Below are positions 8,580 through 18,468 of a stretch of 64,000 nt of DNA, piece by piece. The notes beneath the pieces are model-generated. The model made no database searches, had not been told where the DNA came from, and was given only the letters and a program-made list of their open reading frames with translations. The number at the start of each line of letters is the position of its first letter. Position 1 is the first letter of the stretch. The stretch comes from an uncultured Trueperaceae bacterium (lineage in GTDB: Bacteria; Deinococcota; Deinococci; Deinococcales; Trueperaceae), in assembly GCA_963799485.1 (NCBI GenBank), contig CAWCXJ010000013.1:224001-288000 (forward strand). Reading direction: 5' to 3'. A program made the position numbers and the translations under genes.

Positions 8580-9667
8580 TGCGACCTTAAGTACGTCGCT
8601 ACGTCGCGGTTGTGGTCTTCCAACGTCAGATTGGGCCGAAACTCGCCGCCGGGCGCATGCAAAAAGTAGAGGTAGGGTTTACCCGCCGTATCGGTGCGCT
8701 CTGCCCGAAAGACGACCGAAAGCGCGCGCGCACCGGGGTTGCCGATAGGGGTCGGCGGAAGACCTGCACGGGTGTAGGTGTTCCACGGCGTGTCCTGCTT
8801 TAAGTCTCCGGCTACGGCGTCAAGCTCAGGGAGGCGCTTGCCGAGGCCATAGGCGACGGTCGGATCGGACTGGAGCCGCATCCCCCGGTCGAGACGGTTC
8901 AAAAACACCCCGGCGATAATCGGCATCTCGGTGTAAGAACCCGCTTCGGCCTGTACCAGGCTGGCGAGTGTGACCCATTCGTGAACGCTCAAGCCCAGCG
9001 TTTGTAGATTCTGCCGCACCGCAGGGGTCAGTTCGCGTTCAAAGCGGCGGAGCATCAGGGTCACGGCTTCTTGCGGCGTGGTAGCGACCGGAAAATCATA
9101 GCGAGCCGGGAAGAGGTAGCCCTCGAGCCCCACCCCCGGCGGAACAAACGCAGGCCGTAAGCTGCCGGGCCTTCTGACGAGCGGCGCAATATCCAGGCCC
9201 AACTCAGTGCGAAGGCGACTGATAATCTGGGTGGTTCGAAACCCTTCAGGAATAACGACCGACACGACTCTGGGTTGACCCCCACGCGCGAGCCGTTCGG
9301 CGAGTTGCGGCACGCTCAAACTCGGGCTGAGGGTATAAAGCCCTTCACCGACACTGCGGTCGAGGTCTCTAAGTTGCAAGTAAAGGCTGAACACGCGGGC
9401 ACTCCTGACAAGACCGGCGTCCTCCAACGCCCCGGCGACCTGCGCCGCGCCCCAGCCCGGCGCGACCTCGAACTCTCGCGCTACGGCTTGCACAGTGCCC
9501 GCTTCGGCAACGGGTCCGAGTTGCCGCTGCACCCACAGGGCGCCGAACGCCAGCAAGCTGACGACCAGCAGCGCTCCCACCAGCCCCCAGCGCATCCACA
9601 GGGGCAGGGCTGAACGCTTCGGTTCAGGCAAAGCAGTTTCGCTCACGCGTTCTACTTTACCCTGCAA
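8576..9667 (-). CDS. mltG: Endolytic transglycosylase MltG (YceG)
   Basis: N-terminal TM, then IPEG, LEGYLFPARY, LASLVQAE, GMRLQSDPTVAY and PWNTY...GLPPTPIGNPG. Start uncertain. Confidence 0.92.
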   Translation of the reverse strand: MQGKVERVSETALPEPKRSALPLWMRWGLVGALLVVSLLAFGALWVQRQLGPVAEAGTVQAVAREFEVAPGWGAAQVAGALEDAGLVRSARVFSLYLQLRDLDRSVGEGLYTLSPSLSVPQLAERLARGGQPRVVSVVIPEGFRTTQIISRLRTELGLDIAPLVRRPGSLRPAFVPPGVGLEGYLFPARYDFPVATTPQEAVTLMLRRFERELTPAVRQNLQTLGLSVHEWVTLASLVQAEAGSYTEMPIIAGVFLNRLDRGMRLQSDPTVAYGLGKRLPELDAVAGDLKQDTPWNTYTRAGLPPTPIGNPGARALSVVFRAERTDTAGKPYLYFLHAPGGEFRPNLTLEDHNRDVATYLRSQ

Positions 9668-9709
9668 GCAGCACAGAAAGGTGCCGTCCAGCTCATAAAA
9701 GACGGTGTG

Positions 9710-10129
9710 CTACGCATGTTTTGCCAGATGGCTCTCTAAAATCAGCACGGCGGCCCGCTCATCCAGAAGCCCCTTTTCTTGCCGCCGCTTCTTTTTCATA
9801 CCGCTTTTGACCAGCCCTTGAGACGCCAGTTTGGTCGTTAGCCGCTCGTCTTCAAAAACGACGGTAAGCCCTGCCCGTTCGAGTTCTGCCGCAAAGCGCC
9901 TCACCTTTTCCGTTTGCGGCGAGTCGCCCCCTCGTAACCGGCTCGGCAAACCCACAACGACGCGCGTCGCCCCTTCCGCCTCGGCGTGTGAACGTACCGC
10001 CGCGACGTCCAAAGAAAGCTTCTGCCGCACGATATACCCGCGCCCGAAGGCAAAGGGCGAGCCGGTTTTACCGACGGCCACGCCGATACGCGCTTCGCCC
10101 ACGTCGAGCGCAAGGACGACTTCAGCCAC
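9710..10129 (-). CDS. ruvX: Putative pre-16S rRNA nuclease / Holliday junction resolvase-like YqgF
   Basis: LALDVGEARIGVA, VVGLP, DERLTT and DERAAVLILE motifs. Start set at GTG 10129. Confidence 0.92.
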   Translation of the reverse strand: MAEVVLALDVGEARIGVAVGKTGSPFAFGRGYIVRQKLSLDVAAVRSHAEAEGATRVVVGLPSRLRGGDSPQTEKVRRFAAELERAGLTVVFEDERLTTKLASQGLVKSGMKKKRRQEKGLLDERAAVLILESHLAKHA

Positions 10130-10862
10130 GCATAGCCCCCAATCCCCGCTGCACATCGTCCGGCTGAGGTTCCGGGTAACGTCGGGGCGTGCTAAGCAGC
10201 GCTTGTCTAAAGGCGTTCAGGTCGTCAGGTAAGCCCAGCTCTGCTATGGCGGGACGCTGTTGCAAACGCCGTAAACGCTCTGTGCCGAGTTTTCCCAGCG
10301 GCGGCAACCAAAATCCGGGCAGTTCTCTGAGCCCGCGCCAGGCTCGGACTTGGCTCGCCGCTAGACGCGCGTATGAAGGAGTTGTTTCTAGGTGTGCAAG
10401 CAATTTTCGGTGCCGCGCCGAACGTGCTTTGACGATGGGCTCTACTGCAATAAATTCACCTTTTAAGCCCGCTAAATCAGCCAAGTATTCGGTACGCGGC
10501 CCGTGCAGCTGCAACGCCAGAAAGCCGAGCCGGTCTTCTGAACGCCCTTCGGCGTCGAGCAAGTTTGCGCTCAGGACGAGGTTGTCTATGGTATCGGCAG
10601 CTTGGGTCTCGAGCGCAATTTGCCCCGGCATAACTTGAAAGCTGCGCTCGAGGTATGAGGCCATCAGCTCAGCTTCAGAAGGCAAAGCTGCGCCTCCCGT
10701 TTGACCGCCGGTGATAAGTAGCCGCTTCGTTTTGCCCTGCTCGAGCAGCGTTCCGGCAGCCAAAGCCGACAAACGGGCGTAGACGTTGAGCTTCCCGCCC
10801 ACTTCGACCGGCCCGTAACCAAAGACGATGAGCGTATCTAAAGCCACAGGGTCTAAAGCCAC
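10122..10862 (-). CDS. YdcF/DUF218 family protein
   Basis: LIVFG, LLITGGQTGG, SEAELMASYL and ETQAADTIDN motifs. Confidence 0.8.
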   Translation of the reverse strand: MALDPVALDTLIVFGYGPVEVGGKLNVYARLSALAAGTLLEQGKTKRLLITGGQTGGAALPSEAELMASYLERSFQVMPGQIALETQAADTIDNLVLSANLLDAEGRSEDRLGFLALQLHGPRTEYLADLAGLKGEFIAVEPIVKARSARHRKLLAHLETTPSYARLAASQVRAWRGLRELPGFWLPPLGKLGTERLRRLQQRPAIAELGLPDDLNAFRQALLSTPRRYPEPQPDDVQRGLGAMRG

Positions 10863-11704
10863 GCTTCGACGACCTCCGCCACCCCGTCCGCGTCGGCGTC
10901 ACCGGCGACCCAGTCGGCTAACGTTTGCACGCTCTCGTCGGCGTTGCCCATCGCCACCCCGAATCCGGCCCAGACGAGCATCTCCCGGTCGTTGTGCTGG
11001 TCGCCAAAGGCCGCTACGTCTTCCGCCGTAAAACCCAGGTCGGCGGCAACTTGCTTCAAGGCGGTGCGTTTATTGACCTCCGGCCCGACGATTTCAAGCA
11101 GCCCCGGCATACTCCAGGTGCCGTGCAGCGGCAGCTCACTGAGTGAAGCGTAAAGCGTTTCAGGACTCTCGCCCTCGTGCCAGAAGAGGAGCTTCGTCAC
11201 TTCGTCTTGGACAAAGTCCAGGGCGTCGCCTACGCCGTCCGGCTCAGGTTCATAGGGGACATTGCCCTGCCGGGTAAGTTCACGCCGAGTGAGGTCGTAA
11301 CGCGCGGTATCGACGAACCAGCCGTAGGCGGTCTCGAGCCCACACGTCACCCCCGGATGCTCGGCCCGCATCTTCAAAACAGCCTGCCGCGCCACCTCAC
11401 CCGGAAAATCGAAGCGCATCAGCGCCCGGTCTTCAGCGAAGTTGTAAACAGCCCCGCCGTTGTAGACGATGCCGAGGTCGACAAGGCCCAACTGTTCGGC
11501 AAAGGCTTTGGCAGTACGCGGCGGCCTGCCGGTACAAAGCACAACCCTTACGCCGTTATTGACTAATCCGGCAACGGCGTCCAGGTTACGTGCGCTGATG
11601 GTCTTGTCGCGCCGTAAAAGTGTCCCGTCGAGGTCGAAGGCGACGAGTTTGGGCTGAAACTCGCTGGGCTTTAAGGCAGGACGCCGTAAACTAGGACGTG
11701 GCAA
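10853..11704 (-). CDS. Cof-type HAD-IIB hydrolase
   Basis: FDLDGTLL, CTGRP, NGG, VNK, FGDQHNDREM and VAMGNA motifs. Confidence 0.93.
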   Translation of the reverse strand: MPRPSLRRPALKPSEFQPKLVAFDLDGTLLRRDKTISARNLDAVAGLVNNGVRVVLCTGRPPRTAKAFAEQLGLVDLGIVYNGGAVYNFAEDRALMRFDFPGEVARQAVLKMRAEHPGVTCGLETAYGWFVDTARYDLTRRELTRQGNVPYEPEPDGVGDALDFVQDEVTKLLFWHEGESPETLYASLSELPLHGTWSMPGLLEIVGPEVNKRTALKQVAADLGFTAEDVAAFGDQHNDREMLVWAGFGVAMGNADESVQTLADWVAGDADADGVAEVVEAWL

Positions 11705-14378
11705 GGATGTCCGGCACGGCGGCGAGGGCCGCGTCTAAACGGCTCAGGTCTTTGACGCCGGCCTGCGCCAGATTGGGCCGCCCGCCGCCGCCGCCGCCCG
11801 CGCGTTTGGCGATTTCACCGACCAGTTTTCCGGCGTGGGCACCCCGCGTTTCAGCATCTTTGCTGATTTTGGTGACGATGAGCGGGCCGCTGGCTAACAC
11901 TACGATGTCCGCGCCGGAGCGCTCGAGCAACCCGTCCGCCGCGTTCCTGAGCGCCCCCGCGTCGAGGCCGTCCAGTTTTACGGTGCTGTAGCGATACCCG
12001 CCCGCCTCCTTGATTTCGCTCCTAGTCCCGCCCTGCGTTTGCGCCGCTGCAAGTTTGTCGCGGAGCCCCGCGTTATCGCGTTCTCTCGCCCGGAGGTCGC
12101 CCTGCAACCGCTCGATACGGCCCGTAACCTCTTCGGGTTTGACGCCCAGAGCTTTCGAGGTCGCGGTGACACCTTCGCGTAACCCTCGCAGATATGACAA
12201 TGCCGCTTCGCCGACGAGCGCTTCGATCCGCCGTACCCCTGCCGAGACCGCCTCTTCCGCCGTAATTAAAAAGACCCCTAATGTGCCCGAGCGCGAGACG
12301 TGGGTGCCGCCGCAGAGCTCGAGCGACACCCCTCTCTCTTCACCTTCAGGCATGACGCTTACCATTCGCACCCGGTCGCCGTACTTCTCCCCGAAAAGCA
12401 TCATCGCCCCGGCCTGCCGCGCCCCGGCTAACGTGACCTCCTGCCACGACACCCGCAAATCGCTCTGCACCCAGCGGTTCACGAGCGCTTCAATCCGCGC
12501 TGTTTCGTCCCCGGTCAACGACTTAGGGTGTGAAAAGTCGAACCTGAGCCGGTCGGGCGCGACCAAAGACCCGGCCTGCGCCACGTGTGTTCCGAGAACG
12601 CTCCGCAGGGCCGCGTGCAAAAGGTGCGTTGCGGTGTGATGTTTTTCGGTCTCGCTCCGGCTCGGGTCTACGGCGGCGCGCACCGTCATCCCTTCAGAGA
12701 GCGTGCCCCGTAAAACTCTCGCTTGATGAACGAACACGCCGCCCTTGGTTTTCGTTGTGGCACTAACAACAGCTTTGCCGTGGGTCTCGTTGTGGTGCCA
12801 CTCTAAAACGCCCGCATCGCCAATCTGCCCGCCGCCTTCGGCGTAAAAAGGCGTGGTGTCTAACACGACCTGCACGGTGTCGCCTTCGCGCACCTCGCCT
12901 CGTTCCGTGCCGTCTTGCACGAGTGCCAAAACCTTCGCCGAAGCGTCCCGTGCGGTGTAGCCGGTAAAGACCGTCGGGCCGTGCGCCTCGGCAAGCTGCC
13001 CGAACACGTCTTGCGCCGTAAACAGCGCGCCGCCCTCACGTGAGGCTCTCGAGGTCTCCCTCGCCCCTTCTCTTGCCGCTTCATACCCGGCCCGGTCAAC
13101 CGTAACACCGCGCTCCTCCGCCATTTCTTCGGTGAGCGAGAGCGGAAAACCGTAAGTCTGCCAGAGGTCGAAGGCCACGTCGCCGGGGAGTTCGGTGCCG
13201 CTGAGCTCATCCAAAAGCTGCGATACCCGATTGACACCGCTTTCCAGCGTCCGTAAAAACTGCGTCTCTTCCGCCTCTAAAATGCCTTCGATTCTTGCTT
13301 GTGCATCTTTGACTTCCGGGTACGCCTCGCCCATCGCCTCCACCACGCCCGGAACGAGTTTGTGCAACACCGGTTCACGCAGACCCAGCACATACGCCTG
13401 CCGACTCGCCCGCCGGATGAGCATTTTAATCACGTACCCTGCGCCGTCGTTGGCGGGCAAAATGCCGTCGGTGATGCACATGCTGACCGAGCGCACGTGG
13501 TCGGCGATGATGCGGTGCTGAACACTTTCTAGGTCTTCGTAAGGGACGCCGGAAAGTTCAGAAAGACGGCGGATGACGGGCTGAAAAAGCTCGGTGCCGT
13601 AAGCGTCTCTGGCTCCGGAGATGACGGTGGCGAAACGCTCCAAACCCCCGCCCGTATCAATGTTTTTTTGCGGTAACGGGGTTAGGGTGCCCTGCTCGAG
13701 GTTGTACTGCGTAAACACCAGGTTCCAAATCTCGATGTAACGGTCGCCGGAACCGGTATTCGGGCCGGTCTCGTCCGCTGAGCCGTACTCCGGGCCCCGG
13801 TCGTAAAAGATTTCCGAACACGGGCCGCACGGCCCCGAACGCTCGTCGGAAATGGCGTTCGCGGGCCAGAAGTTTTCACCTTCGCCCCAGCGCGAGAGCC
13901 GCGCTTCGGGGATGCCGACTTCATCGCGCCAGATGGCGTAAGCCTCGTCGTCGTCGGTAAAAACGGTGGCGTAAAGTTTTTCGGCTTCTAATCCCAACCA
14001 CTCTTCTGACGTCAAAAACTCCCACGCCCAGGTAATCGCCTCGTGCTTAAAGTAGTCGCCAAACGAAAAGTTGCCGAGCATCTCAAAAAAGGTGTGGTGC
14101 CGCCGGGTACGCCCGACGTTCTCGATGTCCGAGTCTTTACCGCCCGCCCGCATACACTTTTGCGAAGTCGTGACGCGGGGCCAGACGCCCTCGACACCGG
14201 GAAAGCGGGGTATTGCACCCTGAAAATACGGTTTGAACTGCTGCATCCCCGCGACGTTAAACATCAGACCGGGATCGTCGCTTTTAAGGGACGCGGACGG
14301 GTAGACGAGGTGCTGTTTGCTTTTGAAAAACTCGAGGTACAACCTTCTCAAGTCGTTGACTGTTAGTTGGTTCTGCAC
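11691..14378 (-). CDS. alaS: Alanine--tRNA ligase
   Basis: AGMQQFKPYF, HHTFFEMLGNFSFGDYFK, DTTPFYAEGGGQIGD, HTATHLLH, ELCGGTHV and GGGGGRP motifs. The likely start is GTG 14378 after GGAGG; the ORF track start at 14606 overlaps the divergent NUDIX gene. Confidence 0.97.
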   Translation of the reverse strand: MQNQLTVNDLRRLYLEFFKSKQHLVYPSASLKSDDPGLMFNVAGMQQFKPYFQGAIPRFPGVEGVWPRVTTSQKCMRAGGKDSDIENVGRTRRHHTFFEMLGNFSFGDYFKHEAITWAWEFLTSEEWLGLEAEKLYATVFTDDDEAYAIWRDEVGIPEARLSRWGEGENFWPANAISDERSGPCGPCSEIFYDRGPEYGSADETGPNTGSGDRYIEIWNLVFTQYNLEQGTLTPLPQKNIDTGGGLERFATVISGARDAYGTELFQPVIRRLSELSGVPYEDLESVQHRIIADHVRSVSMCITDGILPANDGAGYVIKMLIRRASRQAYVLGLREPVLHKLVPGVVEAMGEAYPEVKDAQARIEGILEAEETQFLRTLESGVNRVSQLLDELSGTELPGDVAFDLWQTYGFPLSLTEEMAEERGVTVDRAGYEAAREGARETSRASREGGALFTAQDVFGQLAEAHGPTVFTGYTARDASAKVLALVQDGTERGEVREGDTVQVVLDTTPFYAEGGGQIGDAGVLEWHHNETHGKAVVSATTKTKGGVFVHQARVLRGTLSEGMTVRAAVDPSRSETEKHHTATHLLHAALRSVLGTHVAQAGSLVAPDRLRFDFSHPKSLTGDETARIEALVNRWVQSDLRVSWQEVTLAGARQAGAMMLFGEKYGDRVRMVSVMPEGEERGVSLELCGGTHVSRSGTLGVFLITAEEAVSAGVRRIEALVGEAALSYLRGLREGVTATSKALGVKPEEVTGRIERLQGDLRARERDNAGLRDKLAAAQTQGGTRSEIKEAGGYRYSTVKLDGLDAGALRNAADGLLERSGADIVVLASGPLIVTKISKDAETRGAHAGKLVGEIAKRAGGGGGGRPNLAQAGVKDLSRLDAALAAVPDILATS

Positions 14379-14498
14379 GGTGGCCTCCACTACCAGCATT
14401 ATATTGGACAAGTTGACAAGCTGAATGTTTGCGTTAGATAACCCCGTAAAACCGCGCCTTGGCCGTCTTTTTTGCTGTGTTGCTGCGTAAGCTGAGAG

Positions 14499-14966
14499 AT
14501 GGACTATATTCGTTATCTGCGCAGCATGGTCGGTCCAAAACCCGTCATTATGATGACGGCGGGCGTCGTGATCTTTAATTCTGACGGTGAACTGCTGTTG
14601 CAGCACCGGGCTGATGGCAACGGCTGGGGTCTGATTGGCGGGTTTATGGAGTTGGGTGAAACGGTCGAGGAGACAGCTAGGCGTGAAGTGCTTGAAGAAA
14701 CAGGGTTGACGCTGGGAAGGCTCGAGCTGTTGGGGGTGTTCTCGTCAGCAGAATTGCTAACTGCTCCTGGTGGCGACGTGCTTCAAATTGTCCATATCGC
14801 TTATGTAACTGATGAGGTCGGCGGGACGTTGCAAGCTGACGAGGAAGGGCTCGAGCTTCGCTACTTTCCGCTAGACGCGTTGCCGAAAAACCTGTTTGCG
14901 CCGAGCGCTGAGCTTTTTACGGCAGTGCGGCAGAGGTTTGGCAAAGACGCTCGCAGTATCCGGTAA
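14499..14966 (+). CDS. NUDIX hydrolase
   Basis: Nudix box GGFMELGETVEETARREVLEETGL. Confidence 0.93.
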   Translation: MDYIRYLRSMVGPKPVIMMTAGVVIFNSDGELLLQHRADGNGWGLIGGFMELGETVEETARREVLEETGLTLGRLELLGVFSSAELLTAPGGDVLQIVHIAYVTDEVGGTLQADEEGLELRYFPLDALPKNLFAPSAELFTAVRQRFGKDARSIR

Positions 14967-15007
14967 AAAGGCCGAAAACCGACCTCTTCCGGGTATAGTC
15001 ACCCTCT

Positions 15008-16369
15008 ATGGACGCGGCTTCTACCGTAAAACCTACCCTGGGGCTCGAGGTTCGCCGCACCCTCACGCTGGCCCTGCCTTTAATCCTGGCGCAACTCGCA
15101 CAGATGTCGGCGTCGTTTGTAGACACGCTGATGGTCGGGCGTTTGGGCAACACGCAGCTTGCCGGAATCGCGCTCGGCGGCAGCATCTTCTTTTTGACTT
15201 TCCTGGTATGCGGCGGCGTTCTCTTTTCGGTCGGCCCGACGGTCTCGCAAGCGTTCGGTGCCGGGGAGACGAAAGAAGCAGGCAAGGCCGCGCAGCAGGG
15301 CTTTTTTTTGGCGCTCTTCTTAAGCGTTCCGGCGCTCGTTTTGTTCTCGCAGATAGGCCGCATCTTGCCGCTGTTAGGTCAAGCACCTGAAACGGTGCGA
15401 CTGGCAACAGGCTACGTGCAGGCCATTGCCTGGGGTTTCGTCCCGGCGCTCTTGACAATCGGTTTACGGGGGCTTTTGGAGGGGATTTCAAACCCGCGTC
15501 CGGTGATGGTCGTCGCCTTTTTAGCCGTCGGCTTTAACGCGCTCATGAACTACCTGCTGATGTTCGGCAAGTTAGGGTTTCCGGCGCTCGGCTTGGTCGG
15601 AACGGGGTACGCGAGTGCGCTCTCGTTCTGGTTTAGCTTGGGGCTGCTGGTGCTCTACAGCGTCCGCACCTTGCCGCAGTTCGAGGTGTTTCGCTTTCGC
15701 GGTGTAGACGCTCGCGTCCTCCTCGACCTCATCCGCATCGGTGTGCCTATCGGCCTTACGCTGGGTTTTGAAGCCGGTCTCTTTTCGGCGACCGCTATCT
15801 TGATGGGAACGCTCGGTACGGTGCCCTTGGCGGCGCATCAAATCGCCATTCAGAGCGCGAGTTTTACCTTTATGGTGCCGCTCGGTCTGGCGTCGGCGAC
15901 CGCCGTTAGAGTCGGGCAGGCGGTCGGGCGGCGCGACCCCGGCGGGGTGCAGCGGGCGGGTTGGGTCGGTATCGGGCTGAGTGCCGGGGTGATGCTGATG
16001 AGCGCCCTGACCTTCTGGCTTATCCCGGAACGTGTGGTCGCGCTTTACTTAGATACGAGCGACCCTGCAAATGCTGCGGTTATCCGCACAGCAGTACGCT
16101 TTTTCGCGTTTGCCGCGCTTTTTCAGGTTTTCGACGGGCTGCAGGTGAGCGCGGCGGGGGCGCTGCGTGGGCTTAAGGACACGCGCGCCCCGATGCTGAT
16201 TTCGCTTACTTCATACTGGGGCGTCGGGCTGAGTTCGGGAGCGCTCTTTGCTTTTGTTTTGGGACTTGGCGGGCGAGGTTTGTGGTTGGGGTTGGTGCTC
16301 GGTCTCGTTACGGCGGCGTTTCTCTTGGTCGGACGGTTCCGGCGGCTTCAGCTCGAGACGACTCGTTAG
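15008..16369 (+). CDS. MATE family efflux transporter (NorM-like)
   Basis: About 12 TM with FVDTLMVGRLG, LAAHQIA, RVGQAVG and GALRGLKDT motifs. Confidence 0.93.
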   Translation: MDAASTVKPTLGLEVRRTLTLALPLILAQLAQMSASFVDTLMVGRLGNTQLAGIALGGSIFFLTFLVCGGVLFSVGPTVSQAFGAGETKEAGKAAQQGFFLALFLSVPALVLFSQIGRILPLLGQAPETVRLATGYVQAIAWGFVPALLTIGLRGLLEGISNPRPVMVVAFLAVGFNALMNYLLMFGKLGFPALGLVGTGYASALSFWFSLGLLVLYSVRTLPQFEVFRFRGVDARVLLDLIRIGVPIGLTLGFEAGLFSATAILMGTLGTVPLAAHQIAIQSASFTFMVPLGLASATAVRVGQAVGRRDPGGVQRAGWVGIGLSAGVMLMSALTFWLIPERVVALYLDTSDPANAAVIRTAVRFFAFAALFQVFDGLQVSAAGALRGLKDTRAPMLISLTSYWGVGLSSGALFAFVLGLGGRGLWLGLVLGLVTAAFLLVGRFRRLQLETTR

Positions 16370-16459
16370 CGTCTGGTTTATCGAGCCGTGGTTTATTAAA
16401 GCTCGGTGAAGTTCGGACTGCTTTACACGCTCACGTAGCGTGCTAGAGTTTTTACGGGG

Positions 16460-16717
16460 GTGTTCATGAAACTAAGCAAGCTGCAACGTGAAAAACACAG
16501 AGACGCGGCGAAAGAGCTGATTGCGCGCCTCGAGCACCGTCTCGTGTCTGCGCCACCTGCCAAACCACACGACAGGCTCAGCGAGCGGGTCGGCGTGTGC
16601 AAACAGCAGTTGGGTCACAATCTGCGCGACGGTGAGCTCATAAAGCTCAACCTCGAGCTTGCCGAACTCTTTTACCGGAGCAACAACGCCGACAAACGCA
16701 AACGGCTTTCGCGCTAG
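16460..16717 (+). CDS. Small hypothetical helical protein
   Basis: 85 aa ORF with ordinary codon usage. The start may be ATG 16466. Confidence 0.55.
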   Translation: MFMKLSKLQREKHRDAAKELIARLEHRLVSAPPAKPHDRLSERVGVCKQQLGHNLRDGELIKLNLELAELFYRSNNADKRKRLSR

Positions 16718-17289
16718 ACCCGACTTAACCGACTAAAACGCATGATGTGTAGCTTTTGACATGTAGCCTTGTCACGCGCTATAAGTGGCACCGAATCACA
16801 TTTGTTTATGGCTCTATTTGGAGAGCGCGTGGCTGCGACTTTGCTGGAGGGTGTTTGAGAAGTAAGACCCGGCTTTTCCGGTTGTCAAAACCGAGCTGTC
16901 AACCTTTTGAGCAGCACTAACGCCGGCGAATTCGCGCATATTTTTGAGGCTTCGACCGCCGAAGGTAATACGTCGGGAAAAAGTGAACTCCAAAACACCC
17001 GCTACTACCAAAAGGTTGACTTTCGGTCAGTGAATATTGGAAGTGCTACATGTACTAGCCGGTAAATAGTACCCGACCAAACGCCCTGAAGCGTTACTAA
17101 AGGCGTTTACCAGCACTTTCGCAACGGTGGCAGGTCGAACGGGCGCGTTTTGACGCGTGCAGAGTTGACCGGACCGAACGCGCCCCACGTCGAGCCGGGC
17201 TCCGAATAGCCGCGGCTACAGCGAACAAACCGTACCGGGTTAAGCGCAGGTTTGTAGGCGTAAGGTTCTTACAACATCCCGAACTCGTT

Positions 17290-18468
17290 TTACCTTGCCT
17301 CAGCTACAACTTTTTTGTAAACCTCGCTCGTCCGCGCGGCAACCGTGCGGTAGTCGAAGCCTTCTCGCGCGTACTGCCGACACGCCGCTCGGCTCGGCAA
17401 GCTCAGGGTACCCGTAAGCGCTTCGTTTATACCTGAAACCAAGCTTTGCAGGTCACTGCCCTTAAAAACAAGATTTTTGGATAAGCCCGCGACGACTTCA
17501 GGCAAGCCCCCGACCGGCGTCACCAGGACGGGCGTCCCGGCAGCCAGCGACTCGACGGTGATAAGCCCAAAGCCTTCGTGGGCAACCGTCGGCACGACCG
17601 AAAAGTCGGCGGCGGCGTAGGTCAGCGCCAGTTTGTCGTCGGGCACAAAGCCGAGCAGCTTTACGTGTTCGGTGAGCGCCAACTTTTGAATCTGCGCCTC
17701 GAGCGCTTCTTTTAAGGGGCCGGTACCGGCGATGTAGAGCCGCACCTCCGGGTGTTTAGCGCGCAGCTCGGCAACGGCGCTGACGAGGTTTTCCAGCCCT
17801 TGCCGTTTGACAAGCCGCCGCACCGCCAAGATAATTTTGCGGTCTACAGGCCACGCGAGCGCGGCGCGCGCCTCCGGGACACTGAGGCTGGTCGCGTAGG
17901 CGGCGGTATCGACGCCGCCGGGGATGATCTCGATTTTGCCTTCGGGAACTCCATAGGTTTCGTGTAATACGGTCTTAAACGCCTGCGACAAGACGATAAA
18001 GCGTGCCGCGCGGCGATAGACGAGCGTCTCGAGTCCCTTTTTGACCTGCACGCTGAGCTTGGCTACAAAACCGGGTGACGCCTCGACTTCGCTCTCTAAC
18101 GCCCACGACCCGTGGAAATGGACGACGAGCGGAACGCTGCGGATGATATCTAAAACCGGAAAGGCGTAGAGTGCAAAATGTGCCGAGACGAGGTCGGCGG
18201 GTTCTTTGTGGAGCAGTTCCCGTAGCGCGCGCCGTAACCGGAGCCAGCGAACCGGGAGCGGCGCTGCGGCAGGGGCGAACCCGTGCACCCGGCCCGCCGA
18301 CGCCTCTGCGACCGCCGCCGAGCCGACCACGAGACCACGCGCGTAGACCCCGAACGCAAAGAGGTGCTCGAGCAAGCCGTAAAAGACGCGCTCGAGCCCC
18401 CCCGGTTTTTCGGCGAACCAGCCGGTGCCGAGTTCGACAACCCGAATTTCTTCAGCTGCAGGCTTCAT
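17290..18468 (-). CDS. Glycosyltransferase family 4
   Basis: GGLER, HFHG, IIPGGVD, RRLVKRQG and EGFGLITVESLAAGTPV motifs. ATG 18468 overlaps the upstream stop codon (ATGA). Confidence 0.93.
   Translation of the reverse strand: MKPAAEEIRVVELGTGWFAEKPGGLERVFYGLLEHLFAFGVYARGLVVGSAAVAEASAGRVHGFAPAAAPLPVRWLRLRRALRELLHKEPADLVSAHFALYAFPVLDIIRSVPLVVHFHGSWALESEVEASPGFVAKLSVQVKKGLETLVYRRAARFIVLSQAFKTVLHETYGVPEGKIEIIPGGVDTAAYATSLSVPEARAALAWPVDRKIILAVRRLVKRQGLENLVSAVAELRAKHPEVRLYIAGTGPLKEALEAQIQKLALTEHVKLLGFVPDDKLALTYAAADFSVVPTVAHEGFGLITVESLAAGTPVLVTPVGGLPEVVAGLSKNLVFKGSDLQSLVSGINEALTGTLSLPSRAACRQYAREGFDYRTVAARTSEVYKKVVAEAR

Noticed and set aside
14379..14606. 76-aa N-terminal extension of AlaRS in the ORF track
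   Set aside because: It overlaps the divergent NUDIX gene. A GGAGG-spaced GTG at 14378 gives a normal-length AlaRS.
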